A DNA stretch of 60,264 nucleotides, the filler included, from Sphacelaria rigidula (Eukaryota), in NCBI GenBank assembly GCA_964200075.2. It is 7 parts of 7 records of this genome, joined end to end, with 100 filler letters (N's around TTAATTAATTAA, not from the genome) between each part and the next. Parts side by side here need not be neighbours in the genome. Positions count along the whole stretch, not along the records: positions 34,496 to 43,018 come from CAXNAA020010893.1; positions 43,119 to 51,641 come from CAXNAA020010894.1; 5 more parts are not named here. One strand, 5' to 3'. The position numbers and the translations under genes are program-made. The notes beneath the pieces are model-generated. The model did not search any database. It was not told where the DNA came from and saw only the letters and a list, made by a program, of their open reading frames with translations. Shown here piece by piece: positions 34,677-48,258 of this stretch (positions are counted from its first letter, which is position 1; each line of letters begins with the position of its first letter).

Positions 34677-37187
34677 TTAGATAATACAAGATGGAAACAC
34701 TTGCTGAAGCAAATTGATGAAAACAGAAAGGTAAAACGAAAAAGTAGACCAAAAGTACACAAGAAAAAACTGAAAACAAGAAGTAAAAAAAATACTAAAA
34801 AAGACTAGCCTCCGCAACACAGGTTCGGGTGCAACAGGTTACTGTACGCGTAACAGCACACGCATTCATACCCAGTCGAGTGAAAAACAAAAAAGCCGTG
34901 ACGACGGACGGTGGTTGATCTATTTCGGCCACACTATTTTGGGTATGAGCTCTCACACATGAACACTACGGGAGCGATATGCTTGGATATCGAACGATCG
35001 CACGGAATGGGTGCATAGTTTCTTCACCAGGGACTATTCCGGTAGCTCACCGTATCGGCACGCCAGATTCCGACGTAGGCTGCTACGCGGGGGTGGGTGT
35101 ACATCGACGTGGGGAACAAAATAGATTGCCTGCAGCATCACAATCGAAAAATGTTTTCGCCCGTAAGGCGCTCCGCTCCGTATGACTCAAACCCCCACCA
35201 GTCAAGCAAAAACCCGGTATACATACCCCTTGTTATCCTGCAAATGTTCTCTGGCCAAATTCCGGGAACACTCTATGGACAAGTCAAGACATCTATGTAT
35301 TTCCGGTACATCTCCTTGAACGCTCAAGCGTCGAACGGCAAATTCCATGTACCTCCAGTTCACTGAGCTAAAGTACTGCGGTGCGTGGCTCCACAATTTC
35401 AAGAGGGGTAGGAGCAGCACGCAACACGTGTCGGTATGGCGCACATTATGAGTATGCGACAACCAATCGATCGATCAATCAGCATCATCAGCTGCACAAA
35501 TACTTCGGGCGACAAACGAACTCCGCTTCCTTTATCAGTACCTAGAGTTGCGAAAGGACTGCACACCAAGTGGTCAGTTATGGGGGACACAGAAACATCA
35601 GAAGCCGAAGGAGCGACCAAGCTTTGATGTAAATTCAAGAGTACGGCGTGGGCAAGTGGCGCGAGCCAAAACAATCGGAATGCACGCCAAACCAATTACT
35701 GAGCTAGCAGCACCTGTCAATTCAAACTCACAAATTACGGCCAATATAGCACGAAGAACGTAAACAATATGTACGTGAATCGCGGTGGTACAGCGATCAA
35801 TCCTAAAATTACATCCAAACAAGGCTAGTCTTCAAAATATTCGAGAACTTACCAGTACCTTCTCCAACGAAAAAAACAACCACATCATGAGGAAACATAC
35901 AAGCACGGCACTCACAAAAAGGGCGATTCCGGCGCATAGCGCAGACTTGGCAGTGCCACAAAAAGCACCGTGAAAATGACCGCGCGGGGTCAAATCTGGA
36001 CGGGATGCTCCATTACTCTTACCAACACATTTTCGCAATATTAGGAGGCTGTCGCCTGAAGCTACACAATAATCCTGATACACAATAATCCTGATGGCCG
36101 AACAAAGACATTCACATTGCATCAAAGAGAAACCCTTCAGCTGTTTCCGATTGGCCACCTATAGTTGCAAGACGTATCCGCATGGCGATTCGAGGAACGA
36201 CGGAGTAATTATGTTCACTGAAAGGTTGACGATCGCAACTGTCGCCGGGATGCCTTCTTTCAGCAGGCTTTGCCTTCATACTCAGCGGGGGCGACGAGGA
36301 CGAATCCGTCCGGCTACCGGGCGATCATACGCTTTGATCTTCGGACACGCCTGCATGTAGTCGAGGCAGCATAACGGGACAAGGTGCTTTCTGTTCTGTC
36401 AGGGCGGGAAATTGTTATTTTACTATGCGCTGTGCACCAAGCGCGACCGTGGAACGCATCTGCATAAAATAGACATGACAAAAACAGATTGGGTGGGCAC
36501 AGCACCGTAGACAAGCCCCGCGAGTGCATTCCACGGATGAGTCGTCGTCAATCATTGCTTTGTGAATTGCTGTTCCACAGGTCGTATTCGCACCCAAAGG
36601 GCCGGTATCATCAGGGAATTTGCCTTGCTTATTGGTGACGAAACAGTGGTGTCAGGGGGGAGCCCATGCAATACCATGTGAACAACGTGGGAAAGCAACC
36701 AAGCGCTAGCAACAAGCAAACAACGCACGCACGACATAGACAAGGCAGAAAGCGGCATCCGGATCGAATCCCTGTGCACCCAAGACACGATTCAAACCAC
36801 GGACAATAGCACTGCGATAATGAACTCACTTATGTGCAAAGACGGTGTGAGCGAGAAGCCCCAATAGCACCATCAGTAGGCCTCCAAAGCCCAACGACTG
36901 CCAAGGTCTGTGCTTCCTGTCATTGTTGCCAGCATGCCCGACTGTTGTGGAGATATGTGGAGAGCCGCAGGCAAGCGAGACGACCAGGGACGAGCGACCG
37001 AATTACAAACAAAATTGGGACAGATCGGCTAGACACTGCTCGACGACTGTCAACGTGACGTAGACGCCTAATGCACTCCCGCAACGTGCACAGGATAGTC
37101 TCACGTATTTTACCGCGAAGCATCAGCATTTAGACTTTACAGCAGATAGGATCGAATCAAATCGCATACCGCACGTATCTCGACACG

Positions 37188-40100
37188 TCATGAGGTGGCA
37201 GTTGAGATGCCGGTTTTGCCTCCATCACTGCGTCTAGCATACCCGAGATTCTCGAAGTCTGGACAAGTCTGAGTCGAAAATCCTGATCCGTGGTCATCAT
37301 CAACGTCATGATAGATGGATCAGAGCCGCACAGATCGCTCAACAACAACGAGTACAGCTCGATAGCGCCGAAGGGGAAGACCAAACATGGCAAGTCATTT
37401 CTTTGGAGGACGGGTAACACATATTTGCAACGGATGACCGGGTTCATGCAAACTGCCAGACGGTGTAGGTTCGATCAAAGGCGCAACAATTCCCCATACC
37501 GTATGTGGCTCCATCTTCAGATATCTACACAAATACGGAAGCACGCACACTGTGGTATATGCACATTCCCCGTCGAGTGCAAATACACTTTTGACTGAGA
37601 AGATTTTACCTGTAATCGGACCCCCGGCAGTACAGGATGCACTCCATACCACATGCACTCACCGCATCGACCAGGTGGTACGCGACTTTTGGAGGAGTCC
37701 AGCTTAATCCCCTTCACAATATTTCTGCCGAATGTGAGGGCGGGAACAAAGCAAAGTCTCCAAATCAATGATGAGCAAAGGTGCTTGTGCGTCGGAAGGA
37801 CAAAGGCGACCATGACTTCAGGATGCCTCAACATCGACTAAGCAAATATTTCAGTCCGTCGTTATCCGGCTCGATGATTCCGGCGCTCTGACCAAACAGG
37901 GAAAGCCGCCCCTGATGAATAGGAAGCCCTTGTCAACACACTAAAGCACTAGAGCAGGCATTTTGTAAACGCGTTTGCTGGATTGAAAGCTCACCTTGGA
38001 GTTCGCGGGACGCACTGAAGTCTAGCGTTTCCGTTCAAGTCCCTACCAAAAGCAATCGCGGCAAGAACGGGCAAGGACACAGTCAAGGTTAGTACATGAA
38101 GTGGAAGAGTGACCTAGGCAAAAGGGGGGTGAAAAACCTAGACATCATGACGGAATGCCTTGCGAGGCTTTCAGACTCACTGCGTAGCACAGGCAGCATC
38201 CGAAGGAACGCTAGAAAATACCGTCGGAAGTAGGACTTTCACCACCAGCACAAGCTACAGGAAAAACTGAAATTGCCTTGCAGCAAATAACCACGCACGG
38301 ACAGACTCACAGCGTTTTGATGCTCTTGAGATCAGAAAAGAGCTCCTCCGGTAACGTGTTCAGGTCGTTCTGGCTAAGGGACCTGCACATGAGGGCGCGT
38401 GGAGCGCCGGGTTTCGAGCGGGCGGGTACGGGAGAAAAGACCTTGAATGACGTGCAAATATCGACTGAACCATACGCAGCATGTTATATCGGGGCAAATA
38501 TCCCCAGAGCAAGTAGTATATATCGGCACGTCTTGTGCTGGATTCTTAGTCGGCGCAAGATAACGTCCCCTGTCGCCATAGAAAATGCATCAAAAAATAT
38601 TCGACAAGGCGTAGAGACTCGCGAGAATTATCTCACGCGAAGAAACGGCCGAAAAGGTGTCGAACATTTCTCCAACACATCCAGCGAACTTCAAATACAG
38701 AAGTATCTGACATGTCGGAACTAGTGGGGTCGGTGGAATGAGACGCTTGCTTCTCCCACCAATCCCCTGTGCGAAGTCGATCGTTGAAAGATTACCCGGA
38801 ACGGCGCTTGGAAACAAACTCCGACACAACGCGACTCTGTCTGAGTACCGTTCTCTGTCTTGGCATCCAATGAAACAATTTACCTGCAAGTGGTTGGTTG
38901 GTAAGGTCGAGGGTACCTGAAGATCGCTGTGTGTACGGGGAAAGCGCGATAAGCATTTGGAGCTTCTGGAACGAGGCTCAAGTTTCCAGACTTAAAAGGT
39001 TAACAGGAAATAACTCACAGACTATTCAGACGACTCATGCCAGCAAACAGTCCCTCTGGAAGCATCGTCAGCTGATTGTCGAGAAGTACCCTGCGGGAGT
39101 AGTCACAAGATAGCGAGCGGGATGGAACACGATCACATTTTGGTACAAACCGATTCCTGTACATTACTGGAGTGTACTCATATGATGCTTTCCTTGGTCG
39201 TTCGACCATTGATCACGCATCCCTCTTGATGGAAGAGCACCGCTCCTAGTCCTAAAAGGAACACCTCCAACATGTGGGCGCTCATAACGTTTCTTCGATA
39301 TATGACACAAAAACCTCCAACTTCCTCATCCCCTTCTTGTTTCGCCGTCTGTGGACACCATATATCTCTACTACTTTAGCGATCGGTTTCTCCATACTGT
39401 CTGATGTACTAGACGATTTCATGCCACCTTCGTTTACTCCCCACATTTCCCCTTCCAACACGCCCCGTTCCTCTTTGTATACTTCACAGTCTGCCACTGT
39501 ATGGGCTCTACTTTATTGCTTTGCCACAGCGACAACTCTGTGCATCTACTTACTTCCTCCTCCTCTTGACTACTGTTTTTGCTTTTTTCTGGCAGGTCCA
39601 GGTTTCCCACGCGGAATCGCAGTTTCAACTTCTTCGCGGAGCTCATCGGGCCGTGCAGATATGTTTTCATCCCGATTCCCTCTCTCAGCCCCCTGTATAT
39701 CTTCATGTGCTCTTCCTCGTCTGCTTCCCGTCCCAGCGCTTGGCTTTTCCTCATGTTTATGAAGTCTGGTACTTTCGTCTTATACCCGCCACGTTCACCT
39801 ATGGACACTACCTCACCTTTGTTTCCTTCTATACCCATCCATACTTTCTCGCTACACTTTTCCACCCTGTTCCAGCCTGCCCTTTCGTTATTTTCTTCCA
39901 TACTACCCATCGACTATGGCTGGCAATCTCGTCCTTGGCATGTTCCTTACGCTTCATTGTCAATTTAATTTATCTCATGTCTACTTGGCTTAGGGGGGTA
40001 TATTCCCAATTCTGCTCTTGATACAGTTTCACTCTTCGTTGTTGATCATTCGAGAGTTCGTAGCCATGATTATCTGTACTGTTTCCAGCTGCTTCACCAG

Positions 40101-42782
40101 CTTCTCGTTCCCTTCCCATACGTCTCCCGCATATTCCAGCTTCGGTACAATCACATTCATCAGAGTACACCTCTTAATCCTAGTATCGAGGTGCGAGTCC
40201 CTAAGGGTCACATCCACCTTGCCTATCTGCGCCATACCCTTGCCTATCTGCGCCATACCCTTGCCTATCTGCGCCATACCCTTGCCTGCCACGCCATCCA
40301 TGTGTGCATCCCAATAACAGTGTTTCGAGACATCTACGCTGAGGTATGTTTACTAGTCTGCAATCGCTAATTTCTCTTCTCCCCACTTCGATTTGAATTC
40401 TACCGGGTTATCTTCACCTTCGTTGCATATAAGCACCGCGCATGTTTTTACGCTCGCTTACACTCTCCATTTCCCAGTGTACTCTAGCGCCTTTTATATT
40501 CGTTTCTGCAACCCTGCTGATGTTTCTGATATCCCCACGAAATCACCCGCGAACATCAATCTCGATACAGTATTTTTCCCCCACCTTGACTCTTCGCTTT
40601 GCTGCTTCTATTGCTACGATCATGTCATTTACACATACCTTGAATAAAGTGGGTGATGAACGCATCCTCGTGCAACTCCTTGGTGGAATATCAAAACATC
40701 TCGACAGTTCCACATCTAGTATCTTAGCACTTCCCGCACAATCTTTCATCTTCACTATTCTCGACATATTTTTGCGATCCCGGTTTCCCAAACCGTTTCC
40801 CAAAGCCCATTCTTCCATACTTTCATAGGAGTTATGTACGCCTAAAAGGAAGCGGTACGCTGCTAACCCCGCGTCTTTCCTACCTTCAATAAACTTACAT
40901 AATGTGTACACACGGCCTACGCAGCTGCGGTCCGGTCTGAACGCTGCTCGACCCTTGCTGATTGTTTTCTTCTCTAGCGTCGTTCCCATTCTATCCTTCA
41001 AAAGTATTCAAGAATTGTTTCCTTACTGTGCCCAATAGCGTTATCCCTTTGCAATTCCCTGGGCCAACCTTGTCTCCTCGCTTGAAATAATTCACTACCG
41101 CTCCTTCTCCCCACGTCTTGGGTGTGGACTCGCTTTCCCAGATCCAATTATATATTGACAACAACATGGTAACCACTCCCTCTCCCTCACACTTCATAAA
41201 TCCCTTCACTGTTTCCTCTATCCTTGCTGTCTTTCTGTTTTTGAGTTTACCTACACACGCCGTTACTTCCTCTCTTGTGAACTCTGCAATTCTTTTGAGC
41301 CATCATCTTCCCGTTTTGATACCTCTGCATTGGCGTCTGCCCGTGCGTTGATCTCCTTCTCAATTTCGGTGCCAAACGTCTCGCTAGTTGTTGGTTAGGG
41401 TTTCAGGTCGTGTCTCTAGTTTTCGGTAGTGTTATGCCAGCACTTATCTATTCCCATTCGAACTACTAACCATATTGCCCTTCTGTGCCCTCAGCGTGGT
41501 TATCCCCTTGTCTGTCTCTCCTGCCTCTTTGCCCAGTATCCCTTTTATTCCTGCCCACATCTACTTCACCCCGCCACCAAAATCTGCAGGTCAGCTGGTC
41601 GGGATTTTACAAGGCACAAAATACGGTACTACTCTTCGCGTTCCCTACACACCAAGTACGAAACCGGTACAGCCATGCACTATTCTGACAGTGTCCGGAG
41701 CTTCGTCGCTCGCTGCCGGTGGTTCATCCCCAAGCTTCGTTTGTGGGGCAGGAGTTTCGTCCTCGATGCAAAAGGACTTGGAGGCTGAGTAACAATCGTT
41801 CGCTACGATGGTTCATGCACCCCGTTTGCGCTCGGCCATCAATTTTCCTGCCTCGTACGCAGCGTATGGTCCTCAATCCCAGCAAGCCCATCGTTTCAAA
41901 TTTTGTGTACATGGACGGTCGTGCTGTGAAATACAGTCAACGGAGCTACAAATGATGGCATGGGCAAGATACTCTGTCGACTACTGCAGCGCCTTGGAGT
42001 TGCAGTGCCACTTACAAGCTTTCGATACCATTCAAGCCAAAGAATGCGCCTTCGGGTAGACGGTGTATTCGGTTCGCGTACAGGTGTAAGTGACGAAGAT
42101 GCTCCAGGTCCGAGAATATGCCTGCTGGCAACGACGTCAGCTGGTTATTGCCGAGATACCTGGGGACGTATCATGTAATTCAAGCCGGTAACATTCTGCG
42201 TCAGCGATAACGCGCAAGTCAAGTGAGACCATTCATCGCACGAAGCCGACAACACTACTACAAGCCGGGCGCGGCCGCGGGAACCACGGAAACGCTCTCC
42301 AGTCGCGGTATCATTACTTCGATTACACGTGGTCCACCTGGACTAGTGAAACAACTTGACTCGTTCTTATATGACGACACGTATCAAATCCTTTGGGTCG
42401 GTGGTAACCCCGTGTGCCGAACACCTTTTCTGCACTCACAAATATTCCAAATTCTCCAGGCCAGAGAACACTTCTTCGGGCAATCCGGAAATCTCGTTAG
42501 CGTGGAGGCTTCTGTCGATACAATGCGAGGGCGCACAACGGGAAAACAAGGGGCGGGTGGTGAGCACAGACCTTACCAACGTGTCATTCATTTCTCAAAG
42601 CCGTTCTCTGCGGACTGTAGGTCAATATCTAGTTAGGCGGCACTGTTGTGAAATCATTTTCAAACACACATGGGACATGCACTTCCTCGCATTGGCGATG
42701 TGGCACTTACAGTATCTGCAGCTCGCGTAGGCCATCGAACAGACCCTTCGGCAATTCTCGAATCATGTTGCCACCCAGGCCC
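37188..42782 (-). CDS. Leucine-rich-repeat protein, 5'-truncated; exons 42711-42782, 42440-42511, 42082-42159, 39019-39090, 38311-38382, 37995-38042, 37663-37724, probable last exon 37188-37282
   Basis: Each LRR exon is AG|..|GT bounded and phase 2-2: GLGGNMIRELPKGLFDGLRELQIL; SLHANEISGLPEEVFSGLENLEYL; YLGNNQLTSLPAGIFSDLEHLRHLHL; VLLDNQLTMLPEGLFAGMSRLNSL; SLSQNDLNTLPEELFSDLKSIKTL; then a Cys cap DLNGNARLQCVP...GRC. The last exon is less certain. Confidence 0.9.
39282..41560 (-). mobile_element. Degenerate non-LTR retrotransposon (LINE, RTE-like ORF2), intronic
   Basis: Frameshifted RT fragments in the correct order: WESESTPKTWGEGAVVNYFKRGDKVGPGNCKGITLL, AFRPDRSC, SPTLFKVCVNDM, MFAGDFVG (decayed YADD), IVPKLEYAGDVW, KLRFRVGNLDL, ADCEVYKEER. 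Confidence 0.9.
40218..40286. repeat. 21-bp triplication within LINE remnant
   Basis: (CCTTGCCTATCTGCGCCATAC) x3. Confidence 0.9.
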
Positions 42783-45452
42783 CTGGAGGAGAACCAACGC
42801 AAGCGCGAGCAAAGAAGTGATACAGAGAGAGGATGCACAAGATTATCGGCGAGAGCACCGATAGACAGTGCTTCAAAGTGGAGGTATAGAAGCAACCGAA
42901 AAATACTTGTATGTGTGTGTGTGGGGGGGGGGGGGGGGGGGGAAGAAAGGGTGAAAAAAAAAAAAAAAAGTAAAAAACAAGAAAAAAAAAAAAAAAAGAA
43001 AAAAGAACAGGCGGAAACNNNNNNNNNNNNNNNNNNNNNNNNNNNNNNNNNNNNNNNNNNNNTTAATTAATTAANNNNNNNNNNNNNNNNNNNNNNNNNN
43101 NNNNNNNNNNNNNNNNNNGATGCGTGGCCAATGGTCAAATGACTAAGGCAAGCAACAAATTAGTACGCCCCCCCCCCCCCTATCGTAGGATGACTCAAAG
43201 TACTTAAGGGTTTGTACCATCCGAGCTCAATTAACCGTACTGAGGCACGAAACCTCACGCCGAATCGTGGAGTTAATTTCTTAAGCGTTGCACACATGTA
43301 CGACGTGTCGGAGTCATTCCACGGAAGGGGTTGCACATCCGGCGCAACATTGTTTCTCATTGAGAGGGGCTCCTCAAGTCACGATTGAGAGTTACACGAC
43401 AATATGGGTTAACGGATTCCCGTTCAAAAATCATTTCGAGATACCCCTAGCACGATGGAATACTAATCGTGGCGTGCTGTCACATATTTGATGAGTTGAT
43501 GAGTCTTGTTCTGGACGAGCGGACGGGCTTCTAGGGATTGAAGACTGAGGAGTGGTTCGTGCACCCCTACCGTAGCACTACTCGTCATTATAAAACCTTC
43601 CATAGGCTTGTTTTGTTCTCTTCGCCGGTTTCCTGGGACCCCCAATCATCGTCGAAATAACAAAACAAACCTTGTCTATAGGAAAATTCGTATCCACTCA
43701 CCCCAAGTATATGTGTGCAATTTTTCAAAGTTCGTCTCCAAAAAACAGCTTGAAAATACCCGGGATGGATATATTCGGGGTGATAAGAAGCGTGAACCAG
43801 CCTGAACATAACTGCTTATCAGACTAACTTTTACGCTTGTGCTGTACGTCGAACTAGGATTTCAGGAGATGATGTTCGGCACAAGAGTCATATCCATGAT
43901 AATATAATAATGTAACATGATATAACCGTGCCCAATGTCATCCCAATATCGAACTCAGACCAACGTTGACACCTCATAAACCGCCCACGGCGTGGTTGAG
44001 GAGGAGGAGTAGTAGGTTGTGCTATACTAGCAACCATAAAATAGCACCTAGCCTATATCTCCAGTGGCCGGCTCTAGTAGCTTTGATTTCCCAGCTCCGC
44101 CACGAAAACCAAATGTGGCGTCGCGCTTGGTTCTCTTGTCACCGAGGTGACTCCTGCACACCACTTGTCGGCTGTAGTCAGCCATGCGCTTGTTTTGCAC
44201 ATACCCGTATGGGATTTAGACATAACGCCGTCCAGTTGTCGGCTGTTACTGTATGTAGAGAAACAGTGTTGCCAGTAGATACCGACCTTGAAGTACCTAA
44301 TATTGTCTATCTGGCACTACATGTGAAAGTGGTTCACGTGGTCGGCAAATATGTATACTATCCTGTACCCAATCGACGCAGTTTATGCAGTATTTTAGCA
44401 CGGCAGCTTCACCACAGGTGGCTGTACAATCTATCTGTATCAAGTGGAGTACTACTCCGCCGGGCGGCCAAGCTCTACTGATGGCAAGTTGAGTGAAAAG
44501 TGTTATTACTCGCTTGCATCAACACTCTGGAACATATACAGTATGTTACAATTGTCAGACATGGTAATGTGCGATCTGGACGGCCGAAAACAACAAACCA
44601 GCACAGCACGAGTAAAATCATACGTAGATGACCGTGGTCCGAAAACAAATGGTGCCCAACAGGCATTTTCTGTCCCACCCCTCCTCATGAAAAATAAAAA
44701 ATGACAAAGAAGCGGCTGGTCGTCCGTTGCCGTTTCCCTCTCAGAAAAATGAACAGTGCCCCGTCCCCTCGAAGACTCATGACCAATGGTCCAACAGTCT
44801 AGGCACGTGAAACATGGGCGCACCGTCCCCCTTCTCTCTCCCTCTCGAAAGGACGCGCAGTTCACCTTTTCTGGTAGTTAGGGCAAACAAAGCATGGGTA
44901 GGCCTTCACGATCACCCCTACCTAGATATGCCGTGCTCATTCCAGAGTCAAACTCACCGAACCCCCGTACCTGCCTCACCGGTTCTTTGTACGCTTCTTA
45001 GCGCAGATGTATACTGGCACTAAACACTACAGTACGCCCTCCCCCCCCCCCCAGCATCCAACACCAATACTAACGCCGAAACTGACACCGTCGCCACAGA
45101 GTTCAACGCTTACGTTTCGTGTTACCACAGTGGCTCTTGTCTCCGTTTACGTTTTGCCAAGTGAGGGAGCGGGGCGGGGGGGGTTATTACTATCTGCCCT
45201 CGAAGATGCATGTCGGACACTCTTCGCTCGCTCATGACTATACGACTGTACCGTGCTGTGATTTTCAAGATCACCCACAACCTGCTGACTCTATCCGGTG
45301 CGTGCTAGACTATGTTGGGACGGACAAGTACACTTGATTCCAGTCGCAACCCCAATGTTTCCCCTCTCGCTTGTTTAATTCGGTTGTCTTCTTCGCCGTA
45401 CCCCACAATGTATCCCTTATCGTGGGCGCCTCGCCTCCGCTCCTGCCCCGCC

Positions 45453-47894
45453 CTATCGCCGACGACGACCAATTGCCACGGTCACCACTGCCGCTGCCGC
45501 CGCCGCGACCATGACATGAGTCGGGCGCGGCAACCACCACGGTCTCCTGGGTAGTGCCGGCCCCGCCCCCTCGTCCGCAGCGTGATGTACCGCTGAACAT
45601 ACCGGCCGCTGATTGCCGTTGGGCCGAGTAGCATAGGCGTCGCTCGCCCCTGGAAACCACCATCGCCCCCTGGGCGGCGCTGGGTCCACTCCCTCGTCGG
45701 CAGCGTTTGCGACAGCCAAGCGTAGCGGTCGCTCGTCGCCGGCGATTTCCACAGTTCCGCGGGCTCGCGGCGGGGGGACTGCCGCAGCAGCTATTGGATC
45801 ATTGATAGATGACGAAGATGCTCCCGGCGCCGTGCTGACCGCGATGCGGGGCACATGAGCAGATACGATGTCATTGCTCATCGCCATTTCGCGGCGAGGG
45901 ATAAGCCTCGCACCGTCGTAGCCTTCGACATCCGAAGAAGCTCCGATGCCTGTGATACTGACACGAACATCGAAGCTTCCCGCCACGGACACGACATCAA
46001 ACTGTACCGGAATCGAGGAGATATCAGCGAAAACTACCATCAATCTTGCCCCAGATACCGCCCGCGGCGGCGGCGGCAGTGACATTGGTATGCTTTCGCT
46101 CCAAAAAGATCGTGGGCGATCGGCGCAGGTGGCGGACCCGATGCTGAAGCGTTCGTGTGACTGAGGTGTCACTAAGTGCACAGTCACTGACAGAGCAGCC
46201 GATCCCGTTCGCCTTTCTGGCGCAAACGCTACCCCCCTCTCGACACCGCTGGCCATCTCGTCCTCGCTGTCAACGTTCGCCACGTGGGCGTTGCCGACAC
46301 CCAACGCCACGCCGTCCAGGGCGAGGAGATTTTCGTCGCATCCGCGGACCCCCGTCTCCGCCCCATCGTTGCCTTGCACAACGACGACCATTCTCGATCC
46401 CAACGCGGGAAAATCAGGTAGCGTCTCGACTGGTGCCGCCGCCGCTACCAGTCCCGAACCCACCGTCACGGCTACCTCTGCACGGGCAAAGTCCTCGCCG
46501 GCTATGACCTCGGGCGAAGCCCGCCTTCCTAGAAGATCGCTGTCCATGATATCTGGTATGGAATCCTCCATAGTGTTGCCCAGGCAGTGGATACGATCGG
46601 GCGACGTGGCGGCGAATTCGACAGGGCGCGGCGAGAGCGACCGTAGGGCGCGAGGGTCGATACCTTCTGGGCCTGTACCCAAGTCCTCTAAGCTCCATGA
46701 CGACATGGACGGACCCACGGGCGGGGACGGTAGCCACAAGCGTGTCTCGGGAACAACCCTGAGAGAAGCGTCGGAGAGCGGATCGATGTGGTATTCATCG
46801 CAGAAGGTGGCGCCGACCAGTGCGCTCGACGTTGCGGCAGCGCTACCTCCCCAACCGATCCCTTCTCCAAGGGAGGTGTACCCTTCCGCAACGTGGTGAC
46901 TTTCTGTAAGTAGCGCCGCGGTGTCCACTGTACCACGTGGAGAGCCCGCACCCTTGCACGCACTACCGTCATCGACGCCGCCGGTAGCCTGTTGTGGTGG
47001 CTGCAGCTCGCCGCAGCAAGACAGCAGCCCATACCCCTGCTTGGGGTAAGCGATCCGCTCACCGTCTTCCTTCCTGTAGGCGGTGTCCATGTCCACAGAG
47101 GCAGCAAAGTTGCCTCGGGGCACCCCGATCGGCCGCCGCTCTCTCTCGCAGAAGCCGTTGCCGACACACTCTTGGCTTGAGCCCCGCACGTTCATCGAGG
47201 GTACGAGACCCTCCGCCACAGCAGCCTCACGATTACTGCTCGGAAGAACTTCGGCCGAAGTGGCCTTCATGGTAGTATGCTCTTCGCACGTAATGATGCG
47301 GTCGATGAATAAGGAGCCAGGTCGTTCATATATCATGTTGATTGGCAAGCCCGGGACACGATCATCGTCGTTGTTGTGCAGGCCTACCAAGGCTGTCTGC
47401 TCTGTGGGTCTTTCGGCCGTGAACAGCGACCATGGCCTGCCGTTGTCCGGATCCCACACGGAGCCCTTTCCACGATGCATTACGTCGGAAATCAGCGGCG
47501 GCGGGTTGTCGTGGCTTGGACCCCGCAAGTCACCCTCCACCGAAGCTACGGCTTGATCGAATATCATCGGGTCAGAAGGGAGACAGCGTCCATCGTTGAG
47601 GTCCGGATACAGCGATGAGACGGCAGCGGCGCCGGAAGCGGTGGCCAGATGGGGTTGGAACATGGAGTCTCCGCCCTTGCTTTCTCGGATGGCAGGGACG
47701 CCCAAGTCCAAGGGTGGCACGTGCTGCGGGATCTGTGGCACGCGCTGGTTGGTGCAAAAGATACAGCGATGCATTTCCGAACGGTGGGAGGGGGGTGATG
47801 TTACAGCTTTCGATTCGGCTTCGTTCGTCATGCTTGCGTCAGGCGATAGTACAAAAGAGGTTGGGCAAGTTACTGCGGGGTGGGTAGGATACAC
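45453..47894 (-). CDS. Large exon of an uncharacterised low-complexity (A/G/S/P/V-rich) host protein
   Basis: 813-codon GC-rich open frame with no recognisable domain. The true exon borders are uncertain, with a possible frameshift near 45770. Confidence 0.6.
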   Translation of the reverse strand: MYPTHPAVTCPTSFVLSPDASMTNEAESKAVTSPPSHRSEMHRCIFCTNQRVPQIPQHVPPLDLGVPAIRESKGGDSMFQPHLATASGAAAVSSLYPDLNDGRCLPSDPMIFDQAVASVEGDLRGPSHDNPPPLISDVMHRGKGSVWDPDNGRPWSLFTAERPTEQTALVGLHNNDDDRVPGLPINMIYERPGSLFIDRIITCEEHTTMKATSAEVLPSSNREAAVAEGLVPSMNVRGSSQECVGNGFCERERRPIGVPRGNFAASVDMDTAYRKEDGERIAYPKQGYGLLSCCGELQPPQQATGGVDDGSACKGAGSPRGTVDTAALLTESHHVAEGYTSLGEGIGWGGSAAATSSALVGATFCDEYHIDPLSDASLRVVPETRLWLPSPPVGPSMSSWSLEDLGTGPEGIDPRALRSLSPRPVEFAATSPDRIHCLGNTMEDSIPDIMDSDLLGRRASPEVIAGEDFARAEVAVTVGSGLVAAAAPVETLPDFPALGSRMVVVVQGNDGAETGVRGCDENLLALDGVALGVGNAHVANVDSEDEMASGVERGVAFAPERRTGSAALSVTVHLVTPQSHERFSIGSATCADRPRSFWSESIPMSLPPPPRAVSGARLMVVFADISSIPVQFDVVSVAGSFDVRVSITGIGASSDVEGYDGARLIPRREMAMSNDIVSAHVPRIAVSTAPGASSSSINDPIAAAAVPPPRARGTVEIAGDERPLRLAVANAADEGVDPAPPRGRWWFPGASDAYATRPNGNQRPVCSAVHHAADEGAGPALPRRPWWLPRPTHVMVAAAAAAVVTVAIGRRRR

Positions 47895-48258
47895 CAGCGT
47901 CGCGGATTTGATTTACAGGTTGTGACACGAAAGAATACGAAGAGAAAAACGGCCAAAAGGGGCACACAAGAGAAACATCCATCACCGTACGTTCAAGGTA
48001 CGCATCAAATATAAGACACGTTAAAAAATACGAAAACAAACACAAAGATTACGTAAACAAAATGCACCATCCCAAGAACACGAAATATCTCTCGCCAACG
48101 TACAGACGTCATTACGAAAGCACACTCACACACATTGTATCCCCCACAGAAGCAAAAGCACAGAGTACAACTCCCCTCCACCAAGACACTTCGACCAGAT
48201 ATGCGTTATTTTCCAACACGACCAACACACAAGATCACACTCGTCAAACCTACTCACC

